Source: a virus
Lineage: Duplodnaviria; Caudoviricetes
Length of the DNA stretch: 38,629 bases
Strand: one strand, 5' to 3'
Virus record (IMG/VR): IMGVR_UViG_3300047282_000302
Coordinates: 1-38,629 of that record
The position numbers were made by a program, and so were the translations under genes. Numbering within the stretch: the first letter of the stretch is position 1; the number at the start of each line of letters is the position of its first letter. Positions 1 through 7,168 of this stretch are shown here, piece by piece. The notes beneath the pieces are model-generated. The model did no database searches and had not been told where the DNA came from. It was given only the letters and a program-made list of their open reading frames with translations.

Positions 1-2
1 AG

Positions 3-680
3 GGAATTCTTGGAACAAATAAATTTAAAATTGATAATACAAATCTAGAATTTGTTGAATATAATGCAGACTATGATAAAAGACTTAATAATAGAATCTA
101 TTCTATTTGGACAAGTCATAAGTGGGCAAATACTTTTCATGCACTTAGAACTGGAAAATTTGATAACGTAATATACATGGATAGTGATACTATTTTTCAA
201 AAAGATCCAGCATATTTATTTGAAAAATATGGCAACACTAAAACTATTTACGGTAAAAAAGATGTTTCTGATACGTGGCTTAAAGTTTTCAATGTTAGAA
301 ATGGTGGCATGAATGATGGTGTATTTTTAATCAGCAAGAAGGCATTGAAATATGAAAAAGGATTATTAGAGCACAGAGTTCAATATGTATATGATCTTCA
401 GGAAAAGTTTAAGGATGAAACAGATCCAAATATAGCAGTAACTGGTGTGCAGTGGGTGGCTTGTCAATATGCTATGTCAGAGTATATGCTTGATCAAAAC
501 AATCCTATTAAGTTTTTTGACGATGAAGATGTATATGTTGTTGGATGGCTCCCAACATTTAAAGACTTGTCGTTTGAAGAGAAAACAAATATGTGTGTAA
601 TTCATTATCTAAGTTATAACATGTGGTATTTTGCTCCAAACGCATTTAAGGTCTATGAAAAGGCTAGGGGTCGTGGCTGA
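3..680 (+). CDS. GT-A fold glycosyltransferase (GT8-like/nucleotide-diphospho-sugar transferase), 5'-truncated by the window edge
   Basis: Frame is open from position 3 (GILGTNKF...HKWANTFHAL..FDNVIYMDSDTIF), upstream of the tracked Met at 177; DxD motif in 'VIYMDSD' followed by 'MNDGVFLI'. Confidence 0.7.
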   Translation, partial: GILGTNKFKIDNTNLEFVEYNADYDKRLNNRIYSIWTSHKWANTFHALRTGKFDNVIYMDSDTIFQKDPAYLFEKYGNTKTIYGKKDVSDTWLKVFNVRNGGMNDGVFLISKKALKYEKGLLEHRVQYVYDLQEKFKDETDPNIAVTGVQWVACQYAMSEYMLDQNNPIKFFDDEDVYVVGWLPTFKDLSFEEKTNMCVIHYLSYNMWYFAPNAFKVYEKARGRG

Positions 681-981
681 TAGTGCCTGGGTTTGCCCTT
701 GTAATGGCTGTAAAAAGGCTCAGAAGGTCATTATAGACCAGATCATTGAAGAGTATAGGTCTTGCCCCAATATGGTTGAACTTGAGGAAAAACTATATTG
801 TTATACATGGTGGAAACACGACGACTGTGTAAGAATAATGAATCTTCTTAATAGTATTACGAAGAATGATAAATATTCTATACCGCCAGTTAGAAGAGAA
901 GTTTCGGAAGCAATTGAGAAAATGATAAATGATCCTAAAACTGCAGAAATATTGCGAAGACTTGAAGATAACGGTATTTGA
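673..981 (+). CDS. Hypothetical Cys-rich phage protein
   Basis: Likely GTG start at 673 overlapping the previous gene; CPCNGC and C..H..C motifs. Confidence 0.6.
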   Translation: MADSAWVCPCNGCKKAQKVIIDQIIEEYRSCPNMVELEEKLYCYTWWKHDDCVRIMNLLNSITKNDKYSIPPVRREVSEAIEKMINDPKTAEILRRLEDNGI

Positions 982-1006
982 CAAACGCTTTCTGTTATTC
1001 TATAAT
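978..1006 (+). promoter_or_regulatory. Perfect sigma70/SigA promoter driving a small ORF and the tRNA array
   Basis: TTGACA (978-983), 17-bp spacer, TATAAT (1001-1006); ATG at 1013 lies 6 nt downstream (leaderless). Confidence 0.85.
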
Positions 1007-1012
1007 TAATAT

Positions 1013-1159
1013 ATGATGAAGGTAGAAAAAAATAAAGAAACTGGTATGTGGAGATATTTGGACACCAAAACAAACTCATACTCTTCAAAAGAATGGCCTG
1101 AAAGAAAGATGGCATGGAAAATGGCCTGTATTTATTTTGATTTAATGTATAAAAAATAA
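1013..1159 (+). CDS. Small hypothetical protein (48 aa), leaderless
   Basis: MMKVEKNKETGMWRYLDTKTNSYSSKEWPERKMAWKMACIYFDLMYKK*, directly after the consensus promoter; below the ORF-track cutoff. Confidence 0.65.
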   Translation: MMKVEKNKETGMWRYLDTKTNSYSSKEWPERKMAWKMACIYFDLMYKK

Positions 1160-1167
1160 TTAAATAG

Positions 1168-1241
1168 GGAGCAGTAGCCAAGTTGGTCAAGGCCCCGAAC
1201 TCATAATTCGGTTATCGTAGGTTCAAGTCCTACCTGCTCTA
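1168..1241 (+). tRNA. tRNA with CAT anticodon (elongator Met or lysidine-modified Ile2)
   Basis: Acceptor GGAGCAG/CTGCTCT, anticodon arm CCGAA-CTCATAA-TTCGG, T arm GTAGG-TTCAAGT-CCTAC; lacks fMet hallmarks (no C1:A72 mismatch, no three consecutive G-C pairs in the anticodon stem). Confidence 0.92.
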
Positions 1242-1247
1242 CTCAAA

Positions 1248-1388
1248 ACATAATCTGAACAATTATGTGGAGATCGTTATTGCTGAACCTTACGCTGTAG
1301 GCGCATCATACGAAGGTGTTCAGACCGAAGGAGATTGCTCTGCTAACCTACTAGGCAATAACAGCCAACAGGAATTCCCGTGGTTGGC
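1248..1388 (+). ncRNA. Candidate structured ncRNA with pseudoknots, embedded in the tRNA array
   Basis: GC-richer non-coding spacer with helices ACATAAT/ATTATGT, GTTATTGC/GCAATAAC, CCTT/AAGG, GGAG/CTCT, GCCAAC/GTTGGC and long-range pairs CTGAACA/TGTTCAG and GTAGG/CCTAC. Confidence 0.6.
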
Positions 1389-1392
1389 ATTT

Positions 1393-1465
1393 GCCCTTGT
1401 AGCCCAGTGGTAGAGGCACACGACTTAAAATCGTGACAGCGTTGGTTCGAATCCAACCAGGGGTA
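1393..1465 (+). tRNA. tRNA-Leu(TAA), short variable loop
   Basis: GCCCTTG/CAGGGGT acceptor, CACGA-CTTAAAA-TCGTG anticodon arm, 5-nt variable loop, GTTGG-TTCGAAT-CCAAC. Confidence 0.92.
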
Positions 1466-1469
1466 CTTT

Positions 1470-1542
1470 ACCTCTGTAACTCAGTGGATAGAGTAGCGGA
1501 CTTCTAATCCGTTTGTCGTTGGTTCAAATCCAATCAGAGGTG
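1470..1542 (+). tRNA. tRNA-Arg(TCT)
   Basis: ACCTCTG/CAGAGGT acceptor, GCGGA-CTTCTAA-TCCGT anticodon arm. Confidence 0.95.
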
Positions 1543-1556
1543 CTACAATTAAATAT

Positions 1557-1629
1557 TGGTCTGTAGTTCAGTTGGTAGAACACTCGACTGTTAATCGAGA
1601 TGTCGCAGGATCGAGACCTGCCAGACCAG
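1557..1629 (+). tRNA. tRNA-Asn(GTT), atypical T loop
   Basis: TGGTCTG/CAGACCA acceptor, CTCGA-CTGTTAA-TCGAG anticodon arm, T loop ATCGAGA. Confidence 0.9.
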
Positions 1630-1632
1630 CGA

Positions 1633-1709
1633 GGTCCGTTAGTTCAGTTGGTTAGAACGCTACCCTGTCACGGTAGAGGTCACGAGTTCAAGTCTCGTAC
1701 GGATCGCCA
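1633..1709 (+). tRNA. tRNA-Asp(GTC), encoded CCA
   Basis: GGTCCGT/ACGGATC acceptor, CTACC-CTGTCAC-GGTAG anticodon arm, ends GCCA. Confidence 0.95.
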
Positions 1710-1710
1710 A

Positions 1711-1783
1711 GTCTCCATGGTCTAGAGGCCTAGGACTCCACCCTTTCACGGTGGCAACACGGGTTCGAATCCCGTTGGAGATA
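1711..1783 (+). tRNA. tRNA-Glu(TTC)
   Basis: GTCTCCA/TGGAGAT acceptor, CCACC-CTTTCAC-GGTGG anticodon arm. Confidence 0.95.
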
Positions 1784-1784
1784 C

Positions 1785-1856
1785 GCCTCCTTAACTCAGG
1801 GGTAGAGTACCCGCCTTGTAAGCGGGTTGTCGTAGGTTCAAATCCTACAGGAGGCT
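1785..1856 (+). tRNA. tRNA-Thr(TGT)
   Basis: GCCTCCT/AGGAGGC acceptor, CCCGC-CTTGTAA-GCGGG anticodon arm. Confidence 0.95.
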
Positions 1857-1857
1857 C

Positions 1858-2526
1858 GTGAAAAAATATATCGCTGCATTTGTAATACTTTGCTCTATAT
1901 TTTTAGGAATTAATAGAGTAGATGCATATGACTGCAACAAAGTAAATTTTAAAGAAGTATTTTTTGAAGATTATTTTGAAAATTCATTATGGCAAAAAAC
2001 AAATAGCATAAGGCAAATTAGATGGTCTATGTCAAGCAACTATGTGTATGGTCAAAAAGTTTCTAAATCATTTTCTGAAACAGAAAAAGAATGGGTTAGA
2101 TTAGCATTTAATAGTATAGATAATGCATTAGAGTCTTTTTCATTTATTGAAAATAATACAAATCCAGATATTGTAATTGGATATACAAATCTAAAAAATT
2201 ATGCAGGATATTGGACTGCAGAACAATCTGGGCTATACAGAGAGCGTGGATATATACAATTAAATCCAAATATAGGTTGGTGGTTTGATTATAAAGAAAA
2301 GTTTATCCATACAGTTCAACATGAACTTGGAAATGTACTTGGTGTTGGCGATATTAAACCCTCTAATAATATAATTAGTGTATTTGAGGATCCATCTCAA
2401 AAACCGTACGGCCTAATACCAATGTCTGATTTTGACATTAAATTACTGAAGCAGTTATATGGGGAAGATCTATGCGTTAGTCGACGTACAGACTATCCAC
2501 AAACATACCTAATTGCTACCCCATGA
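1858..2526 (+). CDS. Secreted matrixin/metzincin-like protein with degenerate zinc motif
   Basis: Signal peptide MKKYIAAFVILCSIFLGINRVDA; 'VQHELGNVLGVGD' versus canonical HExxHxxGxxH. Confidence 0.6.
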   Translation: MKKYIAAFVILCSIFLGINRVDAYDCNKVNFKEVFFEDYFENSLWQKTNSIRQIRWSMSSNYVYGQKVSKSFSETEKEWVRLAFNSIDNALESFSFIENNTNPDIVIGYTNLKNYAGYWTAEQSGLYRERGYIQLNPNIGWWFDYKEKFIHTVQHELGNVLGVGDIKPSNNIISVFEDPSQKPYGLIPMSDFDIKLLKQLYGEDLCVSRRTDYPQTYLIATP

Positions 2527-2532
2527 TATAAT
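2524..2532 (+). promoter_or_regulatory. Extended -10 promoter for the nucleotidyltransferase module
   Basis: TGATATAAT followed by AGAGG RBS and ATG at 2547. Confidence 0.6.
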
Positions 2533-2546
2533 TGTAAAGAGGCAAT

Positions 2547-3647
2547 ATGAACATAGTTATACCAATGTCTGGACTTGGATCCCGCTTCAAAAATGCTGGA
2601 GTGGAGACTCCTAAGCCACTTATTATGGTAGATAATCAATACTTAATAGAGCATTCTGTTAAATCTTTAGGTATAGATGGGAATTATATTTTTATCACAA
2701 GAAAATATGATAACCCAGAATACAACAATAGACTATCTTCAATATTAAAAACATTAAAACCAGACTCGATAGAAATATGTTTGGATCATGATCAATATGG
2801 TGCTGCTGATGCAGCATTGCATGCTAAAGATTATATAGATAATGAAGAAGAATTAATAATAACTAATTGCGATCAATTGCTCAAATGGGATGCACAAGAA
2901 TTTTTAAATATTTCTAGATCAGGTTATTGCGATGGATCTGTTGCAACTTTTAAATCTAACGATGCAAAAAACAGTTTTGCAAAAATTGAGAATGGAAGAA
3001 TCACCAATATTGTAGAGAAAAAAGTTATAAGTGATGATGCTTTAATAGGTGTTCACTATTGGAGAAAGGGATGCGACTTTGTAAGATCTGCTAAAAAATT
3101 GCTTGCAGAATATAGATTAAGCGGATTAAGTGAATGCTATATATCATCCACCTATAACTATTTAATTAGTGAAGGTCTAAATATTCTACCATATAATATG
3201 CCTAAAAATGGATACATCTCTTTGGGAACTCCAAATGATATCGATATATATCTTAGTAAAATCAAAGAATATTATAGTGAGAAACCTAAAACAATTTTTT
3301 GTGATATAGATGGAACTTTAATTAAACATGTACATAGATTTAGTTATGTTGGATTTGAACCAGCGATTGCTCTTAAAGGTGTAATCGAAAAATTTAATGA
3401 ATGGGATTCTAGAGGACATAAAATTATATTAACAACAGCACGAAAAGAATCGGCAAGAATGCTTACAGAAAAACAATTAACTGATTTAGGAATTTGCTGG
3501 GATCAACTAATAATGGGTGTAACTAGCGGTGTAAGAGTATTAATTAATGATAAACATTTAGAATCAGATAATGATCGTGCAGTTGCATTAAATGTAATAA
3601 CTGATCAAGGATTTGAGGATATAAATTGGGATGAAATGGGCCTATGA
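2547..3647 (+). CDS. Sugar-phosphate nucleotidyltransferase (BcbE-like) fused to a HAD phosphatase (BcbF-like)
   Basis: N-terminal 'IPMSGLGSRF...PKPLI' NTP-transferase signature; C-terminal HAD motifs 'FCDIDGTL', 'ILTTAR', 'LINDK'. Confidence 0.8.
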   Translation: MNIVIPMSGLGSRFKNAGVETPKPLIMVDNQYLIEHSVKSLGIDGNYIFITRKYDNPEYNNRLSSILKTLKPDSIEICLDHDQYGAADAALHAKDYIDNEEELIITNCDQLLKWDAQEFLNISRSGYCDGSVATFKSNDAKNSFAKIENGRITNIVEKKVISDDALIGVHYWRKGCDFVRSAKKLLAEYRLSGLSECYISSTYNYLISEGLNILPYNMPKNGYISLGTPNDIDIYLSKIKEYYSEKPKTIFCDIDGTLIKHVHRFSYVGFEPAIALKGVIEKFNEWDSRGHKIILTTARKESARMLTEKQLTDLGICWDQLIMGVTSGVRVLINDKHLESDNDRAVALNVITDQGFEDINWDEMGL

Positions 3648-3973
3648 AAGTAAGCAGAATAGAAGATACAGAAAAAGGATGGTTTATTGGAGATTTTCCA
3701 AAGGCTGCATTTCAATCTAAAGATTTTGAGGTATCTTGGAGAATGCATCCAGCAGGAGAATCTTGGGACCTACACTATCAGGAGAATGCTTATGAGATTA
3801 ACCTACTAATAAATGGTGAAATGATTTTAAATAATACCCGCCTTATTTCTGGCGATGTTTTTATATTAGATCCATACGAAATAACTGATGTAAAATTTAT
3901 AAAGGAATGCTCTATTGTTTGTGTAAAAACTCCAAGTTTACCAAATGATAAGATAATTGTAAAAAAAATATGA
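3644..3973 (+). CDS. Small cupin-fold protein
   Basis: 'KGWFIGDF...LHY...EINLLINGEM...GDVFILDPYE...CVKTPSLPNDK'; translationally coupled (ATGA overlap). Confidence 0.7.
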   Translation: MKVSRIEDTEKGWFIGDFPKAAFQSKDFEVSWRMHPAGESWDLHYQENAYEINLLINGEMILNNTRLISGDVFILDPYEITDVKFIKECSIVCVKTPSLPNDKIIVKKI

Positions 3974-4428
3974 GAATTATAGCACATAGGGCTAACATAA
4001 ATGGTCCAGATAAAGATAATGAAAACTCTCCAGCACAAATTTTAAGAGCAATAGATTCTGGATTTGATGTAGAAATAGATGTAAGAATAGTTGATGGACA
4101 AATACTTTTTGGTCATGACATACCACAATATGTGTGTCCAGAAAAACTATTAATTAGTATTATTGAGAAATCCTGGTTTCATTGTAAAAATCTAGAAGCA
4201 ATGCTATATTTACCAAATAAATTTCCAGGCATTAAGTATTTCTGGCATCAAAAAGATGACTTCACATTGACTAGTAATGGCTATATTTGGACATATCCTG
4301 GACAACCAATAACAAAAAAGTCTATATTAGTTCTACCAGAAAATTTAGATTATCAAGAGTTGAAGAAACATTTGTCACAAGACCCATATGCAATATGTAG
4401 CGATTGGCCATATCAATATGTCAATTAA
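3970..4428 (+). CDS. Minimal GDPD/PI-PLC-like phosphodiesterase
   Basis: 'IIAHRAN..ENS..GFDVEIDV..GHD..WFHCKN..YFWHQ.DDFTLTS..ICSD'. Confidence 0.8.
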   Translation: MRIIAHRANINGPDKDNENSPAQILRAIDSGFDVEIDVRIVDGQILFGHDIPQYVCPEKLLISIIEKSWFHCKNLEAMLYLPNKFPGIKYFWHQKDDFTLTSNGYIWTYPGQPITKKSILVLPENLDYQELKKHLSQDPYAICSDWPYQYVN

Positions 4429-4570
4429 TGAAGAAATTAAAAACATATTGTTTCAAATTGGTCAAGATATCAAGATTCACAGAATTGATCAAATAAATAT
4501 GATAATTGAAATTGATTATGATAAGTATGTTCAGCAAATTATAGAATTATTTGATCGTCAAACTGAATAG
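4418..4570 (+). CDS. Small hypothetical protein
   Basis: MSINEEIKNILF..., start overlapping the GDPD stop. Confidence 0.55.
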   Translation: MSINEEIKNILFQIGQDIKIHRIDQINMIIEIDYDKYVQQIIELFDRQTE

Positions 4571-5525
4571 CATCTATAATTTCTTGTGCGCTATTTGCGC
4601 CAAAACATTTTAAAACATGATATTTTCTATTAAACCATTTAGACCAAAACATATATGCATCATGTTGTTGCAAAACAGAGTTTCTTATTTCAATTATTTG
4701 TGTATTCTCGTGCATAAAAAGTGTATTTACTAATGAACTTCCGTTGTATGTAATAACGTGAGATGCAGATGATAAAAGATTTACCTGATCTTTAAATGAA
4801 ATATTTTCTAAGTATACTGTTTGATATCCATATTCCGATAAATATTTTTGCAACACTTCATCATTTAGCACTGATCTACCTTTATTGGCAACATCAATAC
4901 CTTTTCTTGTTATATACAATTTGTTATTATTATTATTTAATCTTTTCGAAGATTCTACTATTGTTTTTAAAACTACATAAAAACTGTCTAATGGTGCAGA
5001 TGGATAATTTATAGTGGAAACCTTTTCAAATTTTACATCACTTTTATCATTTATACCTATTAGGCAATCTCTAAAATTACCCAAATTAAAATAATCAAAT
5101 ATTTCTTGATAAAAACTTTTTATATTGATTTCACAATAGTCTTCAAGCGTTCTCCATCCAGTGTAATCAACTAATATTTTAATATCAAAATTTGCACTTT
5201 TATTATTTTTAAAATATAAAATTGCGCCTATTGTATCTATTAAAAAATGATGATATGAGGTTGTATGTGAAAAAAGAATTGTTGTTTTTTCAATATCATT
5301 AAATATTTTTTTTGATGACTCTCTTTCGTTATATATGGTAACGTTTTTATATTGTTTTATTACTGGTTCTATGTTTTTACTATTTAAAACAGTGTCAAAA
5401 TTATAATACGGAACATGGTCTTTTTTAGTTACTAAAATATTACCATCTGATTGTGCAGGTCTTGCATTTTCAAAATATTCAAAATCTGTTTTATGATTTT
5501 TACCATTCAAATTAAATCTTAGCAT
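4539..5525 (-). CDS. Glycosyltransferase family 61 (DUF563-like)
   Basis: 'SYHHFLIDT', 'KLYITRK..GRSVLND', 'LENISFKDQVNLLSSASHVITYNGSSLVNTLFM..IIEI'. Confidence 0.85.
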   Translation of the reverse strand: MLRFNLNGKNHKTDFEYFENARPAQSDGNILVTKKDHVPYYNFDTVLNSKNIEPVIKQYKNVTIYNERESSKKIFNDIEKTTILFSHTTSYHHFLIDTIGAILYFKNNKSANFDIKILVDYTGWRTLEDYCEINIKSFYQEIFDYFNLGNFRDCLIGINDKSDVKFEKVSTINYPSAPLDSFYVVLKTIVESSKRLNNNNNKLYITRKGIDVANKGRSVLNDEVLQKYLSEYGYQTVYLENISFKDQVNLLSSASHVITYNGSSLVNTLFMHENTQIIEIRNSVLQQHDAYMFWSKWFNRKYHVLKCFGANSAQEIIDAIQFDDQIIL

Positions 5526-5526
5526 A

Positions 5527-5808
5527 TTAGCCTAACAAAGATTTTAATATAAATGGTGATGCTATACCAATATGAACATCAATTAATTTTTGATCTACAA
5601 ACCCCATAAAGGTTGGAACAGACATTATGTGGTATTTTTTATTAAAATAATCAAAATCTTCTTTGTCTTTTTCTATATCAATTTTATGATATTTAATATC
5701 TGGATTTTCCAAAATAAATTCAGCAATTACTGGCTCCATTCTTTTACATGGTTGGCACCAGTCAGCAGTAAAATGAACTAATTCTTTTACTTGTTGCGTC
5801 TGTGCCAT
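5527..5808 (-). CDS. Thioredoxin
   Basis: 'HFTADWCQPCK' active site and 'MSVPTF' cis-Pro loop. Confidence 0.9.
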   Translation of the reverse strand: MAQTQQVKELVHFTADWCQPCKRMEPVIAEFILENPDIKYHKIDIEKDKEDFDYFNKKYHIMSVPTFMGFVDQKLIDVHIGIASPFILKSLLG

Positions 5809-5882
5809 TTAGTTCTCTTTAACCTCTTCTTGTGTTTCTTTTTAGACATTTTCTTTTTGCGCCACTTTAATACTGAGCCCAT
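5787..5882 (-). CDS. 30S ribosomal protein bS22 homolog (AURKAIP1/COX24 domain), 31 aa
   Basis: MGSVLKWRKKKMSKKKHKKRLKRTKWHRRNK*, matching the actinobacterial bS22 pattern [23 protein letters not shown].QRR; start coupled to upstream stop (TAATG). Confidence 0.88.
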   Translation of the reverse strand: MGSVLKWRKKKMSKKKHKKRLKRTKWHRRNK

Positions 5883-6034
5883 TACTTATCCTTTTTGCCG
5901 TACTCTCCATACTTTCCAAGTACTGCTTTAACAGTACCGTCTTTTCTTAATCTAACAATCATTCCATCCTTAATTTGAACTGGATTAAATGGATGCTTTG
6001 TTTTAAATTTGCCAGATGATTTACGAGAAGACAT
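5882..6034 (-). CDS. Small basic hypothetical protein (50 aa)
   Basis: Likely start MSSRKSSGKF at 6034 overlapping the upstream stop. Confidence 0.6.
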   Translation of the reverse strand: MSSRKSSGKFKTKHPFNPVQIKDGMIVRLRKDGTVKAVLGKYGEYGKKDK

Positions 6035-7166
6035 CCCAGTTTCCTCTACGTAGGTTGCTCCTCTTTGATATAGAATTAAAAACATCAGCGAATAGTGCCT
6101 TGTCCTTTTCTGCATTTACAATTCTGCGAGACCAAGCATAGCCTGCATCTCCACCCCATGCTAACCACATAATATATCCATTAGAAGGATTTGCTGTATT
6201 GCCCCAGTCTTTACCCTTCTTATCTACCTCATGGCGTGAGAAATATGAATACATTCTCTTGACAGTACTAAGAGATAGCGTTTCTCCTCTTGCTAACTGA
6301 CCTGCACGAGTCCAGCCAACTGCAGTTCCTGCACCATTAGCCTTACCGTCTTCCTTAAACTTAATCGCTCTACGAGCAGCAGATCTTGCTCCTGCTGGTG
6401 GTGAATATCCATCAGCCTTTGACATTGAATCTGTTTCATATATTACATCATCAGAATCTTCCCAAAGATCATCAGCCTTTTCTGCTGGAACACAGTTAGG
6501 AACCATCTTTCCACCATCACCTGGCTTCATTCCTCTTTGTACATAGCCATCCCAGCAAGGCGCTTGCTTAACTACATTAGCACAACAATCTGATTTCATT
6601 TCTCCAGACTGACATTGTGGACATTGATCACACGTTACGTTTAATTCTTTGCACATTGGGCATCCGCATCCTTCGTATGCCTTATCCATCATTTCCATTT
6701 CTGCTGACTGTATTGGAGACAATGCTCCGCCAGTTTCTTCTGTAACAACATCTCTCTCTACCATTAATGAATCTATTCTTACTAATTCAGAAAGTTTAAG
6801 AGTATATAATTCTGCTTCTTCTTCCCAAACTCCATCATCTTCTTCATAGGCACGTACTAAAACACCAACTTGGCCCTCTTTTGTTTCTACAGCATATTCA
6901 GAATCTTCTAGACCAAGCCATCCAGGCTGATCCATAATAAATTCAACACGACCAACTTTAATTTCATCTTCAAGCATAAAAACAACAAAGTCGCCAGTTC
7001 CTGGTACGGCCTTACCTATATTGCCCTCAGATCTATTTATTGCATAGATTTGACCTGCTGCTGCTTTTCTAGTTTTGTGACACCCCATAACTTCATTTGT
7101 GCCATTTTTAAGAGCGGGGTATCCATCACAACCATAAGAACCTTTTGCACCAACATGATAAGGCAT
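6021..7166 (-). CDS. Modular phage protein, possibly an internal head protein
   Basis: Short domains (GCH-containing N-terminus, Cys cluster, PCWDGY motif, 'RMYSYFSRH..WLAWGGDAG' domain) separated by xxK-A linkers. Confidence 0.55.
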   Translation of the reverse strand: MPYHVGAKGSYGCDGYPALKNGTNEVMGCHKTRKAAAGQIYAINRSEGNIGKAVPGTGDFVVFMLEDEIKVGRVEFIMDQPGWLGLEDSEYAVETKEGQVGVLVRAYEEDDGVWEEEAELYTLKLSELVRIDSLMVERDVVTEETGGALSPIQSAEMEMMDKAYEGCGCPMCKELNVTCDQCPQCQSGEMKSDCCANVVKQAPCWDGYVQRGMKPGDGGKMVPNCVPAEKADDLWEDSDDVIYETDSMSKADGYSPPAGARSAARRAIKFKEDGKANGAGTAVGWTRAGQLARGETLSLSTVKRMYSYFSRHEVDKKGKDWGNTANPSNGYIMWLAWGGDAGYAWSRRIVNAEKDKALFADVFNSISKRSNLRRGNWDVFS

Positions 7167-7168
7167 AA

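Noticed and set aside
793-1190. Minus-strand ORFs 793-984 and 801-1190
   Set aside because: Antisense to promoter-supported plus-strand genes and a tRNA.
1393-1465. TAA anticodon as a suppressor tRNA or stop-codon recoding
   Set aside because: Anticodon UAA reads UUA (Leu); long core genes translate cleanly with the standard code.
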